A stretch of 64,000 nt of DNA from Candidatus Kaiserbacteria bacterium RIFCSPLOWO2_01_FULL_51_21 (GTDB lineage: Bacteria > Patescibacteriota > Minisyncoccia > Phycocordibacterales > 2-01-FULL-51-21). Positions 45,373 to 55,060 of the stretch are shown piece by piece; position 1 is the first letter of the stretch; every line of letters starts with the position of its first letter. Position numbers and translations under genes: made by a program. The notes beneath the pieces are model-generated. The model did not search any database, was not told the DNA's origin, and worked only from the letters and a program-made list of their open reading frames with translations. Location: positions 11,268 to 75,267 of the forward strand of contig MFLV01000011.1 of assembly GCA_001781435.1 (NCBI GenBank). The letters run 5' to 3'.

Positions 45373-45601
45373 AGAAGTATTATTTTATTTCTCTATATAA
45401 ATCTTTTACTATTATTAGTGGTGTGGATAGGGTGAAAAGTGATTAAAATCACTTATTTAAAGAACATTTTCTATTTCAAGTTGTTCTTAATGGTGTGAAT
45501 AAGTTTTGTTTTTTATCGGATAACTCCTTTTTATTTTTTTCCATACACATTTGAGACACACATTCTCACTTCTTATCCGCGGCTAATAAAGGGGTTATCC
45601 A
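45373..45601. promoter_or_regulatory. Candidate oriC: AT-rich dnaA-dnaN intergenic region with five or more DnaA-box-like 9-mers
   Basis: TGTGGATAG (45421), TGTGAATAA (45493), TTATCGGATAAC (45513), TTATCCGCG (45572), TTATCCACT (45593). Confidence 0.55.
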
Positions 45602-46987
45602 CTACTTTAACAAAGCTCTGATCTGCTCCAACTCTTCAGTAAGGGTGGAGTTTAGTTTTATTTCGTTTCTCATTTTTTCGCAAGAGTGGATGACGGTGGT
45701 ATGGTCGCGCCCCCCGAGCTTTTGGCCGATGGTCGGATAAGAAACACGGAAGTCTTCTCGTAAAAGGTACATAATAATCTGCCGTGGGCGCACGACTTCC
45801 TTCCGCCGCGTTTTTTCGTAGATGTTCGATTCATCAATCTCATAAAAGTCGGCGACCTTTTTGATGACGTCTTTCACGGAAATAAGCTTTTTAGGGCGCG
45901 AAGTGTCTCGGATAAGATTTTTTACCTCAAGAAGGTCCAATGTTTTTCCTTTAAGTTGTGTTTGACAGATAATTGAGTTCAGCACCCCTTCCAACTCTCG
46001 GATATTTCCTTGGATATTCTCCGCAAGGTGCTCAACAATACTTTTCTCAAGAACAAAATTATTATGGCTTGCCTTTGCTTGGAGAATGGCAACCCGCGAT
46101 TCGTAATCCGGTTCTGCGATATCCGCAACCATGCCTGCCGCAAAGCGGGATTTTAAGCGCTCGTCGATATTTTGTATGTAGTTGGGATGTTTGTCGGAGG
46201 AAAAAACAATCTGCTTGTTGTTGTCGTAGAGAGCGTTAAAAAGATGGAACAGTTCCTCCTGGGTTTTCTCGGTTTTTGAAAAAAACTGTACGTCGTCCAT
46301 AATAAACACATCGTAGACGCGGTACTTCTCTTTAAATTGATTCATTTTGTTTTCCTGCAGGGAGTTCATGTAATCGACTGCGAATTTTTCCGATGTCATG
46401 TAGTAAACTTTCTTACTCGGACTTGTTTTTTTAATATGGTTGCCGATTGCCTGCATAAGGTGCGTCTTGCCGCGCCCGGTGCCTCCGTAAATAAAGAACG
46501 GGTTGTATGCAATGCCGGGTTTTTGAATAATCGCCTGAGCCGCAGCGTAGGCAAGGTTATTGAATGGACCCACGACAAAGGTATCGAAGGTGTACCGCGG
46601 ATTGAGGTTGTCGCTTTTATTGATATTGAAGTCGAAGGGAAGCTCGGAGAGGGGGGTCAGTGTTTTCAGCGATTCCTCTTTTTGTTTCCGACGATCTCTG
46701 GCAATAACATACTCAAGACCGCGTACCCCGTCTGAAAAACCACGCAGGGTTTTGAGGATGAATTTGTGGTACTTTGTGGAAAGCCAGTCTTTAACAAATT
46801 GATTTGGGACTCCAACATACACCACCCCCTCCTCTTGTTTGACGACGTGGGTATCTTTAAACCAAGTGCTGAAGTTCGCTTTCGATATTGAAAGCTCAAT
46901 ATCAACAAGAGCGTTTTCCCAAAGTTGTTTTGGGTCGAGAGTTTTTCCCACCACGTGACTTCTGCTGTTTGTTGTGTACACTTCCAT
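45602..46987 (-). CDS. dnaA: Chromosomal replication initiator DnaA
   Basis: NPFFIYGGTGRGKTHLMQAIGN...VFIMDDVQFF...C-terminal HTH. The ORF could extend to 47068. Confidence 0.9.
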   Translation of the reverse strand: MEVYTTNSRSHVVGKTLDPKQLWENALVDIELSISKANFSTWFKDTHVVKQEEGVVYVGVPNQFVKDWLSTKYHKFILKTLRGFSDGVRGLEYVIARDRRKQKEESLKTLTPLSELPFDFNINKSDNLNPRYTFDTFVVGPFNNLAYAAAQAIIQKPGIAYNPFFIYGGTGRGKTHLMQAIGNHIKKTSPSKKVYYMTSEKFAVDYMNSLQENKMNQFKEKYRVYDVFIMDDVQFFSKTEKTQEELFHLFNALYDNNKQIVFSSDKHPNYIQNIDERLKSRFAAGMVADIAEPDYESRVAILQAKASHNNFVLEKSIVEHLAENIQGNIRELEGVLNSIICQTQLKGKTLDLLEVKNLIRDTSRPKKLISVKDVIKKVADFYEIDESNIYEKTRRKEVVRPRQIIMYLLREDFRVSYPTIGQKLGGRDHTTVIHSCEKMRNEIKLNSTLTEELEQIRALLK

Positions 46988-47289
46988 ATTTTCAAAGGTG
47001 AGTGGCGATGAGGTTGCAAAGGCAGTACTTAGTATAGGCAGGCTTTCGTTTTTGTAAAACTTCCTCAAAAAGCCCGAATGTGTTCATAAGGTGTGCATAA
47101 CGTGTGAACACTGTGAAAAGCGCTTACTGGGGTTTACCCCGTTAGAAGTAGGGCGCGAACATGGTTTTGTGGGTAAAGAAAACAGGTAGACCTCCCCGGG
47201 TAACAAAGAGATTCGCTGTTAAAACTAACTGCGTCCGCGACTTCTAATGGGGTTTACGCGATACGCTAAATACGGTATGGTATCTTTGT

Positions 47290-47424
47290 ATGTCAACCAC
47301 CTATAGACCAAAAAAGCGAAAACGCGGCCGCACGCACGGATTTCTCGCTCGCTCGAGAACTCCTGCCGGGCGGCGAGTGCTTGCCCGCCGACGCAGAAAA
47401 AATAGAAAACGCCTTTCAGTGTAA
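47290..47424 (+). CDS. rpmH: Ribosomal protein L34
   Basis: Manual translation [44 protein letters not shown]. Too short to appear in the ORF track. Confidence 0.85.
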   Translation: MSTTYRPKKRKRGRTHGFLARSRTPAGRRVLARRRRKNRKRLSV

Positions 47425-47428
47425 AAGT

Positions 47429-47788
47429 ATGCCCTTGACGCGGGTTACCCGCATGGACAAGGAGCTTTTTTCACGAGTTCTCCGGCAGGGAGCAGTGGTA
47501 AGGGGTAACTCCTTTTCTCTTCACTACCAAGCTCTTTCACCTAAAGAAAAGAGCCGCATTGCTGTGGTGGTCTCAAAGCGCGTCGCACGGACAGCTACCG
47601 CAAGGAATCAGCTGAAACGGCGGGGTCGGGAATTTCTAAGAAATCACCTGTCTCAAGGGGGCACTCCCTATGCGGTTATTCTCAGACTCACCCCTACTGC
47701 CGCATCTCGCACGCACGCGCAATTTCGTGAAGAGCTGGGGGTGCTTCTTTACTCTCGCGGCATTGCTACGGCGGAAACCAAGCGTTAG
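47429..47788 (+). CDS. rnpA: RNase P protein component
   Basis: MPLTRVTRMDKELFSRVLRQG...VVVSKRVARTATARNQLKRR. Confidence 0.8.
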   Translation: MPLTRVTRMDKELFSRVLRQGAVVRGNSFSLHYQALSPKEKSRIAVVVSKRVARTATARNQLKRRGREFLRNHLSQGGTPYAVILRLTPTAASRTHAQFREELGVLLYSRGIATAETKR

Positions 47789-47836
47789 ACTCCGCACTTT
47801 CTGTACAGATAAGAAAGTGCGGGGTAAAATGGCGCA

Positions 47837-48595
47837 ATGTGGAGTAGTCTCTATCATGCTGTTTTCTACGACCCAATGTACAACGGGCTCATTTTTCTTG
47901 TCTCGGTTGTTCCGGGCGGTGATGTTGGCATCGCCATTATCCTTCTTACGATAGTCGTTCGGTTCGCTCTTTTCCCTCTCTCGTTAAAAGCAACCCGCAC
48001 CCAGCTTCTTATGCGGGAGCTTGAACCGGAGCTTCGCCGTCTTCGCGAAGAGCTTCCGAAAAACAAAGAGGAGCTTGCTCGGCGCACAATGGCGCTCTAT
48101 AAGGAACACCGCGTCAATCCTTTCTCGAGTTTTCTCTTTTTGCTTGTCCAGATTTTTTTTATCTTCACGCTCTACCTTGTCTTTTGGAAGGGAGGTCTCC
48201 CCAATATCCAAGACGACCTTCTGTACTCCTTTACTCCCTCTCCCGGAGCGGTCAGCACGATGCTCTTTGGCGTTTTAGATATTGCCGGCAAGAGCTTTTT
48301 TCTCGCCGCGATTGCCGGCATTACCCAATACTTCCAAACCAAACTCTCCATCCCCCCGCCCCTTCCCCTTCCGAAAGACAAGAAACCTTCCTTTAAAGAC
48401 GATATGGCGCGCAGCTTCAATTTGCAGATGCGCTACGCACTCCCGGTCATTATTCTTGTCGTTTCGTACACCACCTCGATCGTGGTTGCTCTTTACTTTA
48501 TCGTGAGTAATATGGTGTCCATAGGTCAGGAAGCTTACGTGCGGCGCACGCTAAAGAGGCCCACCGAAGCGCCCCCTACGGGCAATGCACACTGA
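47837..48595 (+). CDS. yidC: Membrane insertase YidC/Oxa1 (short form)
   Basis: GIAIILLTIVVRFALFPLSLKATRTQ...ELPKNKEELARRTMALYKEHRVNP. Confidence 0.85.
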   Translation: MWSSLYHAVFYDPMYNGLIFLVSVVPGGDVGIAIILLTIVVRFALFPLSLKATRTQLLMRELEPELRRLREELPKNKEELARRTMALYKEHRVNPFSSFLFLLVQIFFIFTLYLVFWKGGLPNIQDDLLYSFTPSPGAVSTMLFGVLDIAGKSFFLAAIAGITQYFQTKLSIPPPLPLPKDKKPSFKDDMARSFNLQMRYALPVIILVVSYTTSIVVALYFIVSNMVSIGQEAYVRRTLKRPTEAPPTGNAH

Positions 48596-49106
48596 AGAAA
48601 TCAAAAGCATAATCAGGGAATTTCTTGAACGTCTCACGGTTGCCGTCGAGGATGTTTCGGTTCGCGAGGAGGAAAACCCGCCGCTTTTTCACGTCACCAC
48701 AAAAGATTCCGGTGTGCTTATCGGCATTAACGGGGATAACCTTCGCGCTCTTAATGTTGTGGTGAAGAAAATCGTAGAACGTCGCCTTGGCGCCGAGGCT
48801 GCGGCACAGTTTTTTCTCGATGTGAACGGCTACCAAAGCCGGCATATCGCCGAGGTGAGGAGCAAGGTGCGGATGCTTGCGGAGCGCGCGAGGACATTTA
48901 AATATGACGTTGAGATGAGCCCGATGAACGCCTATGAACGAATGATAGTGCATGCGACTTTCACGAACGACCCGGACATCGCCACTGAATCGGTTGGAGA
49001 AGGCAAATTTCGTCGGGTAGTGTTGAAATATATGCCGAATAAACAACCGGCAACTCACAACTCGCAACCGCTTGAAAGAGACATAGAACTTTTTGGTACC
49101 GTATAG
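48585..49106 (+). CDS. khpB: Jag/KhpB RNA-binding protein (KH plus R3H)
   Basis: An R3H-like ...YERMIVHATF... and the rpmH-rnpA-yidC-jag order. Confidence 0.8.
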   Translation: MHTEEIKSIIREFLERLTVAVEDVSVREEENPPLFHVTTKDSGVLIGINGDNLRALNVVVKKIVERRLGAEAAAQFFLDVNGYQSRHIAEVRSKVRMLAERARTFKYDVEMSPMNAYERMIVHATFTNDPDIATESVGEGKFRRVVLKYMPNKQPATHNSQPLERDIELFGTV

Positions 49107-49174
49107 TCCGGCTGTCGGTCGGTTGCTTGTCCCGAGCTTTGTCGAGGGTGATTATACCTTTCTAAAAGACTCGA

Positions 49175-49224
49175 GGTACGAATAGTTCTATTCGTAATTC
49201 TTAATTCGTGCTTCGCTATTCGCT
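49175..49224. repeat. TACGAAT/ATTCGTA heptamer repeat between convergent jag and the T4SS-like cluster
   Basis: ggtacgaatagttctattcgtaattcttaattcgtgcttcgctattcgc. Confidence 0.6.
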
Positions 49225-50451
49225 TCCAAGCTCAAGGCTCCAGAGGGTGCCGTCGTTTTTATTTTTGAAAAACACGTACCGGTCATCAGGACTTATACTT
49301 GGGTCGACGACATCAATGGTTGTGTTGCTTTGGTCGCTAAGTATCCCGAGGAGCGTTGAGTTTCCTGAATCAAGCTCAATTTTCCAAAGATTGTCAACGA
49401 AGGAAACAGATCCTTGATACCACAAATCAGGATACGTGCCCTCGGGAATTTCTGCCGGGACGGCGCAAAACAGAACCGTGTCCGATAACGTGCTCCACGC
49501 GCACTTTTCGAGAGGGAGGGTGTTAAGGGGCAAGGCAGCTATCTCTTTTGTTTTTGTGTTGAGATTTTTAAGACTTATGCCGCCATATCCGCTCTCCGCA
49601 AACACGACGCGAGAAAGGCTTCGGTTGGCGATTGCTGTAAGTCCCGGAACGTTTCCTAGTACCGAGGTAAGCGTCTTTGAAGTGGTGTTTATGAAATAGA
49701 GAAAGCCCGGTGTCTCCCCCGATGGTTTTGAGGAGAGCATGATCGTACTGGTTGCCGGCCAGCTTACGAGCCATTCTTTTAAAGGTGAAGAAAAAAGAAG
49801 CGTTTTCTTTGCCCCGTTTGGCTGCGATGTTGTGACATCCCCGCCTTCCCCGTTCTCTAAAACATACGCAAGGGTTCCTCCGGGCGAAAGTGTAACGCTT
49901 AGGATATTGCGAGGCAAAAAAGTGCCCGCAAGCTCCCTCTCGGTTGTCCCCGTGGCGATAGCCCCCGAAAAAGTGACGATACTCTCTTCATCAGTATCCA
50001 AATATTGCAATACTGCCCCGCTTCCACCGGGAAGCCACAGCGCGCTTTGAACTTTGGGTATTGTGGTGTTGCTTATCCGCTTTGCTTCTCCAGAAGAGAC
50101 TGAAACACTATACACATGCCCGGTGGCCCTCTCCATATAGAGAACCTGGTATTCCTGGGAATCTTTGAGAGGGAGAAACCCCGCAACGGGTACGGATGTC
50201 AGTTGGCGCAGTTTCTGGACAGAAGAAAAAGAAGTCTCTTCGGTTGTTGAAGAGCCCTGTGTCGAGGAGGTGTCAGAGGAAAAGATGTTTGGCCCTTGGC
50301 CAAAAGGGAAGAAGTCAAAACGGCTTCCGGAGGTTCCTGGCGTGGTGGTTTTGTTCGTTTGCAAATAATAGATGCCAACTATCCCAAGCACAAGGAGGAA
50401 AAAAACAACAGCTATAATAATTATGGTTTGACGTGACATATTAAAAACCAA
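49216..50451 (-). CDS. Membrane-anchored beta-propeller-like protein (hypothetical, T4SS-like cluster)
   Basis: N-terminal TM IIIIAVVFFLLVLGIVGIYY, an S/T-rich linker and repeated beta-strand-rich blocks. Confidence 0.4.
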   Translation of the reverse strand: MVFNMSRQTIIIIAVVFFLLVLGIVGIYYLQTNKTTTPGTSGSRFDFFPFGQGPNIFSSDTSSTQGSSTTEETSFSSVQKLRQLTSVPVAGFLPLKDSQEYQVLYMERATGHVYSVSVSSGEAKRISNTTIPKVQSALWLPGGSGAVLQYLDTDEESIVTFSGAIATGTTERELAGTFLPRNILSVTLSPGGTLAYVLENGEGGDVTTSQPNGAKKTLLFSSPLKEWLVSWPATSTIMLSSKPSGETPGFLYFINTTSKTLTSVLGNVPGLTAIANRSLSRVVFAESGYGGISLKNLNTKTKEIAALPLNTLPLEKCAWSTLSDTVLFCAVPAEIPEGTYPDLWYQGSVSFVDNLWKIELDSGNSTLLGILSDQSNTTIDVVDPSISPDDRYVFFKNKNDGTLWSLELGSE

Positions 50452-50971
50452 CTCCTCCAGTTTTTGGGTCGACGCATGTCTGGCTCCCTCCTTTAATATT
50501 TACCTGTACAGTACCACCAGCCTCGTCACAGTTTTTTTTAAGAGTATCTAGTTTGAGAATATTGTTGTTTTGGGTATCTAGGGGTTTCGCGGGTTCTAGG
50601 TTAAGCGGCACGCTTCCTATACTTAAGTTGAGGATTGATGGATTAATGGCATTGAGTAACAGAAAAGAGCCCAGAAGCAGAAGAAGTCCTAGAATCGCAG
50701 AGACAATTTTATCTCGCCCTTCGCTTTTACTGCTAATGGATTCCCCTCCCATATACTGAAATCCCCCGATGCCGATCATAATAACCGCGAGAAAGGCCGC
50801 GACACCGATGGAAATCTGGAACAGGCTTTGTACAAACCCGCCGACGTTGTCGTTTGTGTAAGTGACGCCGGGAAGTCGCTCAAGCGGAACATACTCTGTT
50901 TGAGCTTGCGCATAAAGAGCGGTGGTAAGAAGCAGAAGCACAATTATTAAGAATGGACGAGCGTATTTCAT
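50441..50971 (-). CDS. Pilin-like protein (VirB2/TrbC-type candidate) with a C-terminal extension
   Basis: Signal peptide MKYARPFLIIVLLLLTTALYAQA and two hydrophobic helices (ISIGVAAFLAVIMIGIGGF; ILGLLLLLGSFLLLNAI). Confidence 0.35.
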   Translation of the reverse strand: MKYARPFLIIVLLLLTTALYAQAQTEYVPLERLPGVTYTNDNVGGFVQSLFQISIGVAAFLAVIMIGIGGFQYMGGESISSKSEGRDKIVSAILGLLLLLGSFLLLNAINPSILNLSIGSVPLNLEPAKPLDTQNNNILKLDTLKKNCDEAGGTVQVNIKGGSQTCVDPKTGGVGF

Positions 50972-51984
50972 TTCTTTGAACCAAAGGAAACGGTGAGACT
51001 CCTGCTTGCCGATTGTAGAATTTGTTTGAGATTTTGGACGACAAGAGCAAGGGTTGCCGTGCCGCTTCCTTCAGCGGTTTGCCGAAGGGTCACGCTTCCT
51101 TTTTTACCCTCCTCTGTGGCAACGGGCATTCCGTTGAGTGTCCACTGATAACGGAGTGCGCCGCTTGTCCTTTCTTTTGCGCTCATAAAATAAGGGACTG
51201 CAACAATGCGGCTCTCCGAGCCACTTAAGAAAAACTCTTTTTGAAGAGCGGTATTAAATTGAATACCCAAAAGAGGGTCATCTTCGTATAAAACCACCTC
51301 TGGAGCCGCGGCTCCGATAATCGCCGCGCCGCTCCCCCTCACCGCGCCGTCGGCAGTCGCGATGTCGACGAAAACGCGTACCGAATCGTTAAGTTTTGGC
51401 CCGTCAATGGTAACGGAGCTTCTCCCGCGTCCCGACTGATTGCCCAAGACCGTAGTGTTGCGCCGCCACGTGTAGATAAGCGTTCCCGGGGAAGCTTCTT
51501 TTCCGGAACTTACCACAAGATGAGGAATCGCCGTCACCATAACCGGTGCGTCCGAAGCGGCAAGCGCCTTGCCTTGGTAGAAAGGCGGCGTGTAAGAGAT
51601 TGCTTGCCAAAGGACGTCAACTGTGGAGATAGTAAGTGTCACCGCGGCAGAAACAGGCGCGCCGCTTGGCTCTGTCACCGCGACCGATATGAGAAGTCGT
51701 GTGCCTACCACGCCGGCCACGGCCGTGGTGTTTTTAACACCAACTCCTGAGGCGCCGCGCTTGCCGTTTATGGTCCAGATGATGGTGGAGCGGTCAAGGT
51801 CAATCGAAGCGCTCTGCAGATGAATGAGGACCTGCGCTCCCGGTGTTGGATTTTCTGGACTTGCGACAATCTCAACCGGGCTCAAGCCCGTCGTTTGCGC
51901 TTGCGTTACCGTGCCCGGAGCAAAAGCGCCGCAGGCCGCGAGCATAACAAGGAGAAAAAAGTTTTGCATTTGGCGTCTGGTCAT
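50968..51984 (-). CDS. Secreted hypothetical protein (T4SS-like cluster)
   Basis: Signal peptide MQNFFLLVMLAACGAFA. Confidence 0.4.
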   Translation of the reverse strand: MTRRQMQNFFLLVMLAACGAFAPGTVTQAQTTGLSPVEIVASPENPTPGAQVLIHLQSASIDLDRSTIIWTINGKRGASGVGVKNTTAVAGVVGTRLLISVAVTEPSGAPVSAAVTLTISTVDVLWQAISYTPPFYQGKALAASDAPVMVTAIPHLVVSSGKEASPGTLIYTWRRNTTVLGNQSGRGRSSVTIDGPKLNDSVRVFVDIATADGAVRGSGAAIIGAAAPEVVLYEDDPLLGIQFNTALQKEFFLSGSESRIVAVPYFMSAKERTSGALRYQWTLNGMPVATEEGKKGSVTLRQTAEGSGTATLALVVQNLKQILQSASRSLTVSFGSKK

Positions 51985-53852
51985 AATTTTTGAGGCAAGG
52001 GGTTTGCAATGATGGGCTTGACCGGAAGTTCTTTCCCCTGTGAAAAATCAAGTTCGGTTTTTGCTTTTTTGATGGCGAGGAGCTGTGAGGGGTCGGACGT
52101 GATGATTTGATCTTCAGTATACGAGGCGATGACTTTAATTGCCACATGTTTAAGACCGGCGAAGAAGATTCCCTCCCCGACGTCTGATTCCAAGAGAAGA
52201 TATTTTTCTTCATCAGTGAGATTGAACGTGTGCTGGATAACGTCAATGGAGGAAGGCGATTGTTTGAGCAGAAGTTGCAGCGAAGAGTTCGAAATCATTG
52301 GAAGGCCGTAGGGCGATTTCAAAAAGTCGTCAACGTCCTGCGTTATTGTCGCGAGCCCGAGATAGTATTTGCGTCCGCGTTTCGCCATGCTGTAGAGAAA
52401 GTTTGCCGTATCCTCCGCTTTCATCATCCACCATGCCTCGTCAATCACCAAAAGGCGTTTTTTGAGCTCTTTGCGAATCGCCGTCCAGATAAAATGCGTG
52501 ACAATGTACATGGCGACGGGTTTCAGTTCGTCTTCCATATCGCGCACCGAAAACACCACGAATTGCTTGTTAATATCAACATTTGTCGGGCGGTTGATGA
52601 ATCCCGCCCATGTGCCTTTGGTGTATTTAGAAAGTCGCTGAACAAGCGATTCCCCGCCCTCCATGCCGGCAAGCACGAGTTCAAAATCAGATATAAGCGG
52701 CGGCTCAACCGAGGTAAAGTCACTGTCGCCGGTAATGTCTTTGAGCGCGTAGGTTTCGGTGATTGCCCGGTCGATGATAGCGTCTTCTTCCGGCGTGAGC
52801 CCCCCGAGCATGATACGAAAGAGCCCCACAAGATTCACAATGTTTGAGCGCAAAACGTCCGTGGCGGATTCGTCTTCCCGCGGAATAGGAAGGTCAAACG
52901 GGTTGATATGGTGCTCCGAGGAGAGCGAAATGTTGAAATATCTCCCGCCAACCGCCTCAGCGAGGTAATCGTATTCCCGCTCCGGGTCGATCACGATGAC
53001 CTCGGTGTCGAACATAAGCGAGCGTAGAATTTCCAACTTCATCGCATAGGATTTCCCGGAACCGGATTTAGCGAACACCACCGAGTTGTAATTCTCAAGC
53101 GAGAAGCGGTCGAAGAGGACAAGCGAAGAGTTGTGCCTATTAATGCCGTAGAGAATACCGCGGTCGGCAGTGAGGTCGAAGGAAATAAAAGGGAAGACGC
53201 TTGAAAGGGGCGAGGAGTTGAGTTTCGAATGCACCCCGAGTATGTCGGTCGCCGTCGGCAGGACGCTTTTGTACCCTTGCTCTTGCTGAAAGAGCGCCGG
53301 CTTTACATACACGAGCTTTGATTCGAGCATAGAGCGGATTTCAGACTCCGCTTTGTCGAGCTCCTCCAGATTAGAGGCGTAAATGGAAACGTATATTCCC
53401 ACTTCAAAAATACGCTCCTGCGCCTGCTGAAGCTGGTCGCGCAGCTGCTCAAGGTCGCGATACGCGGTGTCAAGTTTCGGGTCGCGCACCATTCCCTTCT
53501 CTTCCCGAAGGCTGATTTGGCTTTGCACCTCGGCTACCTTTTTCTGAAATTGCCGCAGTATTGTCGCGGTATCAATAGGGTGGATAAAGATAGAAATGTC
53601 GAAGACTTTTTCAAGATTGATAATCGGCGAAAACCAGTTATCGGTGAGAAAGCGCGGATACGAGATGACAAAGAACGTGCGGACAACCTTGTCGCCGAGG
53701 TTCATTTCTCGCGGGGAAACTTTCAGCGCCGAGGGGGCAATGATGTCTTTCAGTTCAAGCACTCCCGCTTTATAAATTTCTTCGGGGAGAATTGGCGAAA
53801 GGCTCGGCACCGTCGTTGTTTTTTTTGATTTGAAAATATCTAAGAGTGCCAT
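51981..53852 (-). CDS. virB4: VirB4/TrbE-family type IV secretion ATPase
   Basis: Walker A VVFAKSGSGKSYAMK and Walker B RLLVIDEAWWM, with a VirB4-like N-terminal domain. Confidence 0.85.
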   Translation of the reverse strand: MALLDIFKSKKTTTVPSLSPILPEEIYKAGVLELKDIIAPSALKVSPREMNLGDKVVRTFFVISYPRFLTDNWFSPIINLEKVFDISIFIHPIDTATILRQFQKKVAEVQSQISLREEKGMVRDPKLDTAYRDLEQLRDQLQQAQERIFEVGIYVSIYASNLEELDKAESEIRSMLESKLVYVKPALFQQEQGYKSVLPTATDILGVHSKLNSSPLSSVFPFISFDLTADRGILYGINRHNSSLVLFDRFSLENYNSVVFAKSGSGKSYAMKLEILRSLMFDTEVIVIDPEREYDYLAEAVGGRYFNISLSSEHHINPFDLPIPREDESATDVLRSNIVNLVGLFRIMLGGLTPEEDAIIDRAITETYALKDITGDSDFTSVEPPLISDFELVLAGMEGGESLVQRLSKYTKGTWAGFINRPTNVDINKQFVVFSVRDMEDELKPVAMYIVTHFIWTAIRKELKKRLLVIDEAWWMMKAEDTANFLYSMAKRGRKYYLGLATITQDVDDFLKSPYGLPMISNSSLQLLLKQSPSSIDVIQHTFNLTDEEKYLLLESDVGEGIFFAGLKHVAIKVIASYTEDQIITSDPSQLLAIKKAKTELDFSQGKELPVKPIIANPLPQKL

Positions 53853-53855
53853 AGA

Positions 53856-53960
53856 ATTAGAAGTACGAATAACGAATAACGAATAACGAACAGATGCTTG
53901 GAGCGATTCTTAACTTGGCTTGTTTTTTTTCGTAATTCATACTTCGTAATTCGTACTTCA
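53856..53960. repeat. TACGAAT/ATTCGTA heptamer repeat, both arms (inverted) around a T-run, upstream of virB4
   Basis: gaagtacgaataacgaataacgaataacgaa ... tgtttttttt ... ttcgtaattcatacttcgtaattcgtacttc. Confidence 0.65.
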
Positions 53961-54611
53961 TTGAGCCTCCGGGAGGCTCAAGGGCCGTTCCAGTTCGCCG
54001 GGATTAAAAATTTTGTAATAGAGCTCGATAATTTCTTCCGTCCCAAGAACGACACTGCGAATACCACAACGCGTGAGTCCCTGCTCGACAATTGAGGCGC
54101 GCTGTTCAAGCTGGGTGCGGTGTTCCTCGAATGCGGCACTTTCGTCTGCCGCGGCTGTTTTTGACGGCTTTCCAAAAGGCAAAAGGTTTCCGAGCCCCCC
54201 TTTTTTAACGGAAATGAGCGGCGGCGTATAGGGAACGATAACAAAGAAACTCTTCGACATAATGTTCGCCTCTTCAGTAAAGGCTTTTATAAAGTCGATG
54301 TATTCCCGCACCTGGATTTTCATGAGGTCGCTCCCCTGGGCGCGATGCCGCTCTTCGAGGAGCGCGATATAGGGGCGGATGTCGAGTTCCCGCGACTGGA
54401 TGAAAATTTGAATGGAAAACTCGAGCGAGTTAAGAAAGTTCTGAAACTGCAGAAGTATGGCGGATTGCTCGTCCTGGGATTTAAGCGCGAAGTTTAAAGA
54501 AGAGGTCATCAACATCATCCGCAGTCCCCCGTCTTTGAGCACCACGACGCCGTCTCGCACCTCGCGAATCGGAACGAATTCCTGGGTTGTGTTTGTTTTG
54601 GCAGTAGCCAT
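53958..54611 (-). CDS. Hypothetical protein (T4SS-like cluster)
   Basis: ORF only. Confidence 0.4.
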   Translation of the reverse strand: MATAKTNTTQEFVPIREVRDGVVVLKDGGLRMMLMTSSLNFALKSQDEQSAILLQFQNFLNSLEFSIQIFIQSRELDIRPYIALLEERHRAQGSDLMKIQVREYIDFIKAFTEEANIMSKSFFVIVPYTPPLISVKKGGLGNLLPFGKPSKTAAADESAAFEEHRTQLEQRASIVEQGLTRCGIRSVVLGTEEIIELYYKIFNPGELERPLSLPEAQ

Positions 54612-54612
54612 G

Positions 54613-54644
54613 AAGTACGAATAACGAGTTACGAATTACGAATA
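54613..54644. repeat. TACGAAT heptamer repeat, single arm
   Basis: gaagtacgaataacgagttacgaattacgaat. Confidence 0.6.
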
Positions 54645-55027
54645 GGAAAAAAGGTGCGGGACTTTTTAATTAAACCATTACAGATTTTACTTACTACCGT
54701 TGTTTGATTTTCAATGGCCAGATACTCTGCTTCTAAAAGGTATCCAATATCTTTTGCAATGAGTAATTGATTTTGTACTTCAGTAAGAGAACCGAGCGCC
54801 ACGGCGTAAAATTGGGTTTTCTCTTTATAAGAAGAGCGGCTGAATCCTTCCGCAAGGTTTGAAGTAATAGAAACAACAGCTCGACGTAACTGGCTCGTTA
54901 ATCCAAACTGCTCTTCTTTGGGAAAGTTTTTTGTAATTTTGTAAACCATAATAACGAGACGATGCCCCTCTCGCCATACGCGAAGGTCTTTAAACGATTC
55001 TATTTTTTGCTCCTTCTCGTAATTCAT
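54629..55027 (-). CDS. Four-helix-bundle protein (23S rRNA intervening-sequence protein family)
   Basis: LRVWREGHRLVIMVYKITKNFPKEEQFGLTSQLRRAVVSITSNLAEGFSRSS...LGSLTEVQNQLLIAKDIGYL is typical of this family. Confidence 0.7.
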   Translation of the reverse strand: MNYEKEQKIESFKDLRVWREGHRLVIMVYKITKNFPKEEQFGLTSQLRRAVVSITSNLAEGFSRSSYKEKTQFYAVALGSLTEVQNQLLIAKDIGYLLEAEYLAIENQTTVVSKICNGLIKKSRTFFPIRNS

Positions 55028-55060
55028 TTTCGTAATTCTTAATTCGTTCTTCGTAATTCG
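55028..55060. repeat. ATTCGTA heptamer repeat, single arm
   Basis: tttcgtaattcttaattcgttcttcgtaattcg. Confidence 0.6.
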
